Assembly: GCA_043228905.1 (NCBI GenBank) | Contig: JBHGNT010000008.1 | Coordinates: forward strand, 496,001 to 560,000 | Length of the DNA: 64,000 nt | Reading direction: 5' to 3' | From: Azolla caroliniana | Lineage: Eukaryota > Plantae > Polypodiophyta | Part shown: one piece after another, positions 40,635 through 51,430 of the stretch | How positions within the stretch are numbered: position 1 is the stretch's first letter | Layout of the letters: every line of letters begins with the position of its first letter | Notes under the pieces: model-generated | What the model was told of the DNA's origin: nothing | The model's database searches: none | What the model saw: the letters and a program-made list of their open reading frames with translations, nothing else | Position numbers and translations under genes: made by a program

Positions 40635-42414
40635 ATGGCTTCGACAAGTCGAACTCAAGGAGAAGAATTGACGAAAGGCATGGTGTCCGTCGTCGAATTC
40701 ATGCTGAAAGACAGAGATCGGGAGGCTTTAGTCGACAAAGCTGTTGACCGAACTGTGGAGACAATTGGAAGATTCGGTGGGAAGAACATCACAAATTTCC
40801 TTGCTACCTACCGGAACGAGATGCAACAAAGAGATGTCCATGATCTAAAACAAATTTCAAGCTTTAATCGTGTGGTAGAACCCGGGATCCGTGAGCGCGT
40901 GATGGAGATCCAAAACGAGCATGCAACTTGGGTGGAGTTCAAAAGGGCTCTTCTCACTGAATACATGCTTGAAGACGCATCGCGGATGACTCGACATACG
41001 TTAATGAATTGGATCGAGAAGAAAGGGAAGAATCTGTGTGCATCGGGAATTTATGTCGAATTCGACCAGAAGTACAACCGACTTCCGAGTGTCGAGCAAC
41101 GAGTTCTCGATGGAGATAAAGTCTTACTATTCCTAAAGGCAATGGATGCGAAAGATCGGCGAGAATTGGGCAGTTTCTTGGAGGACGAAACACAACCAAA
41201 TGGCTTGGTAGCGGACTAGACGGCGGTGAAGAAGGCTTGCAGCCGTTTTGATAAGCGGCGACAATGGCAAGAGGAAGCTGAGGTCGAGAATCCACAATTG
41301 TGGAAGAAGGCACCTACGACGATTGAGCCTAGTAAGCCGATCAACAATTTCGACAACAAAGCAATGGAGGAGTCTATAATCGAAGAGCTCTCCGGAGGAT
41401 CTAAAACTTGCTGACCAAAACGTGCGACGAGCAACCGGATGGTCAGATCCAATCGACGAAAACACAAGCTTTGCGGAGGTTGTGTGTGACACCTATGAAG
41501 CCCTTGTCGAAGAGAAGAGGAAGAGAATCGGTGAAGAAGATGGCACATCAAAGCGACCTAACACGAGGAACGGAGGGAAAGAAGGGCCACCCCAACCTAT
41601 CCCAAGAAAAGAGATTGGTGAGACAAACATGAAGCCCAGCCCGGTGGATCGAGCCAACCTGCTCGGATGGAAGTCGAAGAATCAACGAAGAAAGGAAAAG
41701 AACGAGCAGCACCGACTTACAAGCTAAGCTCGGACATAGAACAAACAACTAACTTGCGGAAGGTCCTTGAGGAGAAGGGTTTAGATAGTCATGTCGACCT
41801 TACCTTGAGAGAGCTACTTGGGATCGCAAAGAAGGAGTTCCATGATACTATCGTGGACCTTATTAAAAGGAAGCGGCAACAATCTGATGAAGAGGAGGTG
41901 AAAACAAGTGCCATAACCATGGCAAGATCGGAAGAGGAGGAAGAAGAAGAAGTGGTGGCGGATAGCCATTACTCACGGCCTCATTGGGCAAGAGTGACAA
42001 CGGAGACACCTGTGAAGATCGGGGAGAAGAAAGAGACCGTGGTCGCTTTGATTGACCATGGCTCAGAGATCAACCTCATGTCGACCAAGTTCTACAAGAA
42101 AGGAAGATGGTCGTTTAATACAAACCATGGAGGCTACGGAGGACTTGTACGGAGCTTGCCCCAACGTTAAAGTCACGATCGGGGATGTAGAGATTGATCA
42201 ACACTTCTTCGTGCAAGACTCGGCTTCACATCCCGTCATCCTAGGACAACCATATATAACATCGTCCCGGATGGAGACCAAGGTGTTCGATAATGGAGCA
42301 GCCTTCGTGCGCGTCAAGAGTCTTGATAGTAAAAGATCCGTTCAATTCCTGACGGTGCGAGCTAATCATGAAAGGAACCGAGATAGCCTTGGAGGCGAAT
42401 CCTCGGATTTTTAA
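40635..42414 (+). pseudogene. G3 gag-protease ORF (disrupted)
   Basis: ORFs 40635-41219, 41422-41727, 41667-42170 (DHGSEINL) and 42052-42414, ending SDF-stop. Confidence 0.88.
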
Positions 42415-45400
42415 ACCGGACTATTGAAGCATGGGGCACAAATAGTCCGAGCAATCATAAGTCCCCACAAGGAAGCAAAGTGTGTGGATTGCAAGGAGAA
42501 GCAACAGGCGTCACACCTGGCGGCGCATGCAAACTTAGACTACTCAACAAGAAGGAAAAGTGTTAGATACAAGACTTCGAGGAGGTGCTGAAAGAAGAAA
42601 GCATAATCGAAGAAGAAGAATTCGTGTCATATATTCTGGAGGAAGCCTCATTTAACGACACCATCGGCGAAATCGAGGAAGTCGTGGATTTGAGCTATCG
42701 TCACCCTCAACATGTGATTTCGGTTAACTCCGTCAACATGTATACTATCATCGATGAATATCATTGAGGCATCTTGATAGAGGAAGCCGAAGTCAACACA
42801 AAATATAAAACCGTGAACAGGAAGATCAAGCCAGTTGCAGTTCCGCTACCGGAAGATAGTTGGCAAAAGATGAAGGAAGTTGCAAAAGATCCAAGCTTAA
42901 GGAACCCAAATACAATTGGTCACATCTTCACTAAAGAGAAGAAGGGAAAGCTACAAGTTGGAAGGGAGGATTTCCTCCTCCCTGAAGAGGAGCGGATGTT
43001 TCGTGGAAGGCTTGAAAGACATGGGAAGGCTTTCGCGTTTTTCCCAAAAGAAATTGGGTGTGCTAATCCAAGGACGGTAGAACCGATGGTGAAGGAAGAT
43101 AGTTGGCAAAAGATGAAGGAAGTTGCAAAAGATCCAAGCTTAAGGAACCCAAATACAATTGGTCACATCTTCACTGAAGAGAAGAAGGGAAAGGAACAAG
43201 TTGGAAGGGAGGATTTCCTCCTCCCTGAAGAGGAGCGGATGTTTCGTGGAATGTTTGAAAGACATGGGAAGGCTTTCGCGTTTTTCCCAAAAGAAATCGG
43301 GTGTGCTAATCCAAGGACGGTAGAACCGATGGTGATCTTCACGGTGCCGCATGTGCCTTGGAATTTGAAACCGATACCGGTTCCGAGAGCACACTTACCG
43401 AAGTTGATCAAGCTCTTAAAGGAGAAGGTGAGGATGGGAATTCTAGAACCGTCGAAGGCTCCTTATTCTAATAGGTGGTTCACGGTGCCAAAGAAGAATG
43501 GATCGTTGCGATTCATTCAAGATCTTCAACCCGTCAACAAGGTGACAATTCGGAATGTTGGAATCGGTCCGAGAGTGGATGAATTTGCCGAGGCGTTTGC
43601 GGGCCGGTCCATCTACTCCATCGGCGATCTCTACTCTGGCTACGATCAATTCCAGTTGGCGGTCGACAGTCGTGACATTACAACCATGAGAACTCCAATC
43701 GGGTTGGTGCGGATGTGTACCTTACCTCAAGGTGCAACGAACTCGGTGGCTCATATGGTGAATGCCATGAACAAGGTCTTGAAGGATTGCATCCCGGATA
43801 TCATGATGCCATTCTTAGATGATATTTCGATAAAAGGATGTTCGGATGAAGAGAAGGATGAATCAAAAGATAAGGATGGATGTAGAAAGTTCTTCATGGA
43901 TCATATGAAAGATTGCGAGAAGGTGCTCCAAAGGCTCGAAGATGCGAATTTGACATTTTCGAGAGAAAAATCCACATTCAGGCAACCGGAGATCCTGGTG
44001 GTAGGTCACTTGTGTGGAGCATACAGTCGGAAGCCTTCGCCATCCAAGGTGAATGCAATCCAAGACATGAAAGAAGAATGTGTAACCCAAACGGAGGTTC
44101 AAAGGTTCCTTGGAGCATGCGCGTTTTATCATATTTGGATTCCACACTACGCCCACATTGCTGAGCCATTATATGGTCTACTAAAGAAGAAGCGGATGTT
44201 CGAATGGACGAGCGAGCATACAATCGCCATCCGAAGGCTGAAGAAATTATTGATGGAGGCACCTGCATTACGGAAAGCGGACTATTCATACGGCAAGCCC
44301 ATTTTCGTGACTGTGGATACTAGTCCAATCGGAATTGGATGGGTTATCAACCAAGAAGATGAAGATTGCAACCGATATGCAATTCGGTTTGGCGCGAAAG
44401 TGTTAAGTGACAGGCAAAGAAGGTATGCCCAAGTGAAGAGGGAACTATGGGGGATCGTCTCGGCAATCAAATCTGATCGTGATTACCTTATTGGAGCAGA
44501 AGTCAAAATTGAGACCGATTGCCTACCAATTTTGGGTATGATATATGGTTGTAATACACCGGATATTGCCATGTTGCGTTGGATTGCATATATCAAATCA
44601 CTCAACCCGGAGATCCGTCATGTAGCTGGGAAGCGTAATGTCGTTGCAGACATGCTATCACGAGCGAGATACGACGGAGAAGAAGATCGACATTCTGATG
44701 AAGATGATGTTGGCTTGGATTTCTTTGCAAGTTCCTATGCTCGGGTGTTGACTACTTTCATAGAAGAGGACTACGAAGGCGAATTCGTGGAGATCAGGAA
44801 ATACTTGAGTTCTCTCCAAAAAAATGAATCATGGTCGAGGGAAGGCTTCCATCGAATTCGGAAGAAGGCATACAAGTATTTCCTTAAGGATGGAGCTCTT
44901 TGGAGGCATGCAAAAAAGAAGAATGGGACTCCGATGAGAGTTGTCTGCAAGCTAGAAGACCAACAAAAACTAATGTCTGAATTTCATGATAGTGTTTTTG
45001 CAGGCCATCGAGGAATATGGGCTACGTTTGCGAAGCTTAAGGAGAAATATTGGTGGCCGGGCATCTACAAAGATGTAGCAGCTTATGTGGAAACATGTAA
45101 GGAATGTCAAATGTTTTCGAATATTCGCCATCGAGATGGACTTCATCCGACTTACCCATTGGCTATGCATTACAAGTGGATGGTGGACATAGTGATGATG
45201 CCAATGGGATGAGGGCAGATGAAGTATCTTGTGCTCGCGAGAGAGGATCTTGCCAATCAAGTTGAAGGGCGAGCATTAAGAACTAAGGAGACATCATCGG
45301 TATGCCGATTCCTTCTTGAAGATGTTATTTGCAGATATGGATGCGTCGGCAAGATAGTGGCTAATAGAGGCGAGTTGGACGCCAATGAAGCTAGAGAATT

Positions 45401-46103
45401 CTTCTCGAGGATGGGAATCAAATTATCTCTTACCATGGCGTATAATCCGAAAGCAAATGGGAAGGTGGAACATGGACATGGACCGATTGTGAAGGCTCTA
45501 GTGAAAGCTTGCCATGGGAAAATAGGAGAATGGCCGTGTCTATTGCCATTTGCACTATGGGCTGACAGGACTACTCATAGCACGGTGACGGGATACATGC
45601 CGGCAGAGCTCATATTCGGACAAAAGCCAATAATGCATGTAGAACAAAGTATTATTTCATGGTTTGCATTGCCATGGCAAGATGAGATAAGTAGAGAAGA
45701 TCTTCTAGCATTGAGGATTTGACAATTAGAGCAGAATTTGGAAGATATAGAGGCGGTTAAAGCGCGGCTAAAGAATGCAAGGCTAAAGAACAAGAAAGAC
45801 TTCGATAAACGACATCGACTTCGGCCGAGGAAAATCGTTGAAGGAGATTGGGTGCTAGTCTATGACAGTAGCCTAGATAACCAACATGGTACAGCTCGAA
45901 AATTCTCACAACGATGGTTTGGGCCATATGTGGTGAAGAAAGTGGAAGATAATGCAACATATCATTTAGTAGAACTAGATGGTACACCACTTGCCTTGCC
46001 AATTGCCGGTAAAAGAATCAAGATCTTCAAGAGAAGAGATAGAATAGAAATTGGATTCGAAGCTTTTGACGATTCAGTCTTAAGCATTGATGAAAAAGTA
46101 TAG
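42405..46103 (+). pseudogene. G3 pol (RT-RNaseH-IN), in the -1 frame relative to gag-protease; few stops
   Basis: ORFs 42585-42767, 42774-45212 (812 aa), 45219-45722 and 45738-46103, all in one frame. 243-bp in-frame duplication at 42851-43336. Confidence 0.92.
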
Positions 46104-46485
46104 TAAACAAAAATGAATCCTCACCAAAATTGGCACATACCGGTGGATGTGCAGGTTTGGTGGGGGCGAATGTCGTGTGAATCTTCACACACTATGTAAA
46201 AAAATAATGAAATAATTATTATAGATTAGATTAGTAGCTTACTATAGAAAGATGGATATACTCAAGAGCTTCAAAATGTATTTTACTATATACAAAATGG
46301 AGAAATACATATCAAGTTATGTGAAAATAAAGTTTGAGACGATAGAGAAATTAGAACTATCTCACATAGATAGGAAACTTAAGGCCCTGGCTATATAACC
46401 ACCTTGAGCTCCCTCATTTTTCATTTGTTCTAAGAGCACTTTGACCACTTTGTCTTGATGGATGATGGTGGCCAAATTCCCTAAA

Positions 46486-46830
46486 TCCGGAAACCGGCTG
46501 GTAAACAAATTCGGAAACCGGCCGGTATGCAAACCGGAAACCGGCCAGTATGCAAAACCGGAACCGGAACCGGCAAGCAAAACCGGAACCGGAACTGGCA
46601 AGCAAACCGGAATTGGCTGGCAAGCAAAACCGGAACCGACCGGTAAGGAAAACCGGAACCGGAACCGGCCGGTAAGCAAAACCGGAACCGGAATCGGTAT
46701 GCAAACCGGAAACCGGCCGGTAAGCAAAACCGGAACCGGAACCGGTATGCAAACTGGAAATCGGTCGGTAAGCAAAACCGGAACTGGACCCGGCAAGCAA
46801 ACCGGAACCAGAACCGAAACCGGCCGGCGA
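46486..46830. repeat. Longer version of the AACCGG minisatellite in the G3 3' LTR
   Basis: Same units, about 100 bp longer than in the 5' LTR. Confidence 0.9.
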
Positions 46831-47870
46831 GGGATTCGGCGATCGGGCGGAACCGGCGACCGTACGACGTTGGACGCAAATCGAACGGATAAAAGGATCA
46901 TGTGGCTATTTAAAGAAAGGTAAAAGAGACTAAAGTAAAGGTCAAGTGGACGGTCGCATGCAACTAAAGAAAAAGCCATGCAACTAAAAATAGATTCAAC
47001 GAAAAGAAAAGTTATGCAACTAAAAGTAGAGGCCATGCAACAAAAAGTGGAGGCATATGATCAACGAGGAACTCCATATATAATTCCATTTATTTATTTT
47101 TTCCTAGACTCATATGCTCTCTCCATATTATATTGTTCTTCTTTTCCTTCGGAGCTCTCTTATCTTATCGAAGCCAAGAACCCTAAATTTCCTTACGGAA
47201 GTCATAAACCCTAATTTCCTAATCAAAGCCATATAACTCAAAAACCCTAATTTTCGAATTGAAGCTAAAAACCCTAATATTCTAATTAAATCCATATTTC
47301 ATTTCTTCTAGTCTATTACTCTAGTCATCTCCATTAGCAAATTTTTGTAATCCCAATCTTGGGATTAATTGTAATCTTTCTTTCCCTTTATTAATGAAAT
47401 TTATGAATCTTTCTCATTTTGTATTAATTGCTTAATATAATCATACGAATCTGATATCTTCCGGTCGGAGGCCCCGGGGTCCTGCCTCAAAGTTCACGTA
47501 TCCTCGTCGTATTTCCGCAACACCGGTCCACAATCAGCGCCGACTCGTGACACTTGTCGTCTTAAGGGGGGGATAGTGTCATGATATGGCAGGACTTGAA
47601 CCCATAGCCTTATGTTATATGGGTCGATCTCTTGACCATTACATTATCTATTGTAATACGTAAGATGTTATTTTTCATTTAAGTTTTACAACAGAAAATT
47701 ATTGTGTATTCCAGATTTCTCTGAAACATTCTAGAAGCTTCAGGACTATTCCTGAGAACACTATAAAAAGAGGCACAAGGCATTATTTCGAACCAAATTG
47801 GTTCAACGCCAGTCTTAAGCCTCATAGCTATTTTGTACTTACTCTTCACATAATATATTGTCTATTATCA

Positions 47871-47920
<50 letters not shown>

Positions 47921-50900
47921 GTCTTCCACAATCCGTCCTCTTAGTACTAATAGTACTTCCCTTCTCTAGTACTAATTCTCTCTCTGTTTTAGTACTATTC
48001 CTGACATCTACTGGCCTAAGATTCGTCTTGACATATATAGCTATAGGACTAAATGTCACCAATGTTAGGTTAACAAAGCCGAGCGACTTAAAGGTGTTGG
48101 ACTTCCCTTGGAAATTCCCAATAATAAGTGGGAAAGTATATCCATGAACTTTATTGTTAGCCTTCCTCTCACACAAAAAGACCATGATGCCATCTCAGTT
48201 GTGGTTGATAAACTAACTAAAATGGCCAGATTTATTGGTACTAAAACCATGACAACAGCTCTTGAATTGGCTTACCAATTCGTTGAAGAGTTATTTTGAT
48301 TTTATGGGTTATCGATGAATATCGTGAGTGATAGAGATCCAAAGTTTACTAGATGGATGCAAGTCTTTAAGAAGCTAGAAACTACATTGAACATGAGCTC
48401 CATGGATCATCCTCAATCTAATGGACACACAAAACGAGTAAATCAAATTATTGAGGACATGCTTCGAGCATACATTGGTACAAAGCCAACAAAATGGGAA
48501 CGCTATCTCCCAATTTTGGATTTTGCTTACGACAACTCCAAACATACATCGACGGGATATAGTCCTTTTATGTTGATGTATGGTTTTCAGCCACGAGCCC
48601 CGATTGATGTTAATATACATCATGATGAGTTGCGAAGTACGCAAAACTTTCTTCGGGATATGCAAGATATATTGCATATTGCACGAGATAATATAAAAAC
48701 AACTCAAGATAGAGCGCATTTTTATGATGATCATAATAGGCAACCTCGTGTATTCAACCCTAGACAGAAGGTATTTTTACTCGTACCTTACAATTCTAAG
48801 ACCTTGTCTACATGTAAGTGCACTGAGTTAGCCACATGGTTTTGTGAACCTTTTACAATCCTCAAACGCATTGGTTCATCATCCTATTGTCTTGCTCTTC
48901 CTGATGGTGTTGAAATCCATCTAGTTTTCCATGTAAGTCGTCTAAAAGACCTTATTGGTTTTTGCGACAATACAGTCACAACTGAAACTTTGGTTACTTT
49001 TGAACAATTATCTTTAAACCACATGTACCAAAGAGAATTCTCGATGTTAAAACAAAAAATTTGCATTCTAAAATAATCTGAGAATTATAAATGGATGGAT
49101 AAGTCTATACAAGATGCTACATGGGAACGAGAAAATACCCTTAAAACTAACTTCCCTAAGTTTTCATTGCAAGAGTGTAATGTTTTAAAGAGGGGGAGTA
49201 TGTTACGGGCATGACCATATAATATCCCGCAGTAAGATTGTACCGTAGTATTCCATACATGTGGATAAAGTGTGAGGGTTAAACGAAAGTGTAAAGAAGG
49301 GAATGATTACTTTTAATCTGTGGGATTGAGACAACCCATTAAGGCGAAGTGTGAACTTGCATGGGGGCCTTAGATCTGGCTATAAATATGAGGCCTAACT
49401 ACCCACATTTGACACATTATCGACAACGTCGAGACTCTATGTTTGTGGTGATTCCACTCTTCTAGCGAGCGCACTAGTACCAGGTACAACTCAACGCCAT
49501 GACAGTGGTATGGGACGCCGATTGAGGCTGGAGTCCGTCTCGATCCCTTCGCTCAGGGGTGGTCAGGTAGATTGACACCCTTCTTTCTCTCTCTCCTCTC
49601 GATTTTCTAATAATATATTTCCTTATCTCATGGCTACATTAGGATCTAGCTCTAACACAAGGCGTCACCATAGACCGAGTAGACAATAATATATCTTTCT
49701 TTATGGCATAATTCCAAGATCCTTGTACAAACGTATGGTTATTCAACACCATAATCATCACCCTTGCACTCATGTATAGTGTCACCATATGGGCTCTATT
49801 CCACCCACTAGTTATGATGTTGTCACAAAGCATCCCGCCCACATGACATGAATTGTGTTGAATTGTATAACCATTATTCCAAGAAATGAGCCTCATCAAT
49901 TGGATTGGAACTATTTTACACGTACGGCTTTTGAAGTATCAAAGAAAATGGTGAAAACAAAACACAAAGAGGGATCATGGTACTCATGAGTCATAAGTGA
50001 TGAAGTATTCAACAACATACTCTATTCCAAAATGATGAAAGGAACAAGGTAATGTAGCGAGATCTATTGAAGCTCTATGCCCATAAGACTTGGCTCACAC
50101 CAATCAAGGCAATTCCCTAAAGATGGCCTTCCATAAAGGCAAGAACTTCTTACAAGATGGATTCACACAAAAATCCAAGCTACATGGTCATCTACATACC
50201 CCATAGTTGTTATAGAGCTATCTACAAACTTATCCTACCAATTAGAGATCAAGGTACGACGAGCACTTCACATACCTAGATCCAAAAGATATTGCAAATT
50301 ATGTGATAGTACCACAAGCAAGATTGCACATAATGTGAAGGAGAGATTACAAATTCCTATAATTGTCCAAACTTTAAACCACATATAAGAGAAGCATGTA
50401 ACTATCTACAAAGACTCCACCACCGTTGGACAAATGGAGAATGCTAACCCACAATAGTGCTCAAGCTTCAAAAGCATAAGGAATCAACCCTTATATTTGC
50501 GTGTAGGATGAACGACAATCCCACATCATTAATTTTTTCCATAGCTCCTTATCTCCACTAACAAGGTGTAGGACTAATTATATAGCAAGCCAAGGAATGA
50601 TGACGACAATGGAGACCACAAGTACTAGGACATGAGACACGTTGGAGATTAGTGCTCTCTATGTCTGATGTACAAGAGGAACCTAAATGAGTTAAACTTC
50701 ATCGTAGCCTCATCTCATCACATAAACCAACCCTGGATTCAAAGTTCAGTCACTACTCTCATTCGTGTTCGATATGTGTGCTACATCTTGTAGAGCAACA
50801 TTGAAATCATTCCACCACATGGATGAAAATTGAGAAGACTTTTAACTTTTTCAGTGGCTCAAATTTGAGGTCGTGCAATTGATATTTGAAATAATTTCAA

Positions 50901-51430
50901 GTAGCAAATCCATGCAGAGCAATCCAAGGAATAACTAATTCATGACTGTTCCCTTCTGATATGGATGATGGAAGCAAACTCCAGGAATTCCAGACTTTGA
51001 TCAGTGCTCCAAAACGTGGTTAAGACTATAAAGTTGAAGTTTCATGAAAACGTAGATTATCATAATTAATGATGCTGTATCTGAAATTCCAATACTATAA
51101 ATTGGATTGCGTGCAATCAAAAGCAATGATAAACAGTCTTTAGGGTTTATCTGGCGTAATCAGAATGTGACTTAGTAAAGATTGAAGATTGCACCCTCAA
51201 ATAAATAACGAGCAATAAAGTCAAAGAAAAATACATGGGCGCATAGCAATAAAAAATAAATAGAAGATTGCAGGAAGTGCAAGGTACAATAAGTTAACGC
51301 AAGCAAAGCTTTTATTATAATACACTTCATTCCATTCTGGGCTGGATGAAGGAACTGATGATAACCTACTACAGTGATCAAGGTCACCAGCTCAACATGA
51401 ACATGACATGTAAGAGGGACAATCATCTCC

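Larger units (their letters stand above)
39328..47522 (+). mobile_element. Full-length Ty3/Gypsy element 'G3' (tRNA-Trp lineage), inserted just after the T2 chromodomain
   Basis: LTRs 39328-40581 and 46171-47522; 4-bp TSD CCGG, whose removal restores KPGPQS as in T1. PBS 40586-40603; gag-protease 40635-42414; pol to 46103. Confidence 0.95.
12151..48006 (+). mobile_element. Tcn1-like chromodomain Gypsy element 'T2', expanded to 35.9 kb by nested insertions
   Basis: LTRs 12151-~12563 and 47577-48006 (TGTCATGATATGGC..); 5-bp TSD TCTAC at 12146-12150 and 48007-48011. Gag 12637-12807 + 29098-30303 ([22 protein letters not shown]); protease 30326-30864; RT-RH-IN-chromodomain 36428-39327; PPT before 47577. 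Confidence 0.92.
10815..49638 (+). mobile_element. Outermost chromovirus-type Gypsy element 'C0' (own sequence 10815-12150 and 48012-~49638), split by T2
   Basis: RT ([20 protein letters not shown]) and RNase H at 10815-12150. Integrase resumes at 48012 (FY|WPK junction; SDRDPKF, HPQSNG, FHVSRLK, DATWE). PPT agggggagta at 49191-49200; LTR from 49201 (TGTTAC), with an approximate right end. Confidence 0.82.

Noticed and set aside
49640-50700. Possible old Copia gag remnant (SDEVFNNIL-like)
   Set aside because: Too degenerate; no continuous frame or boundaries.
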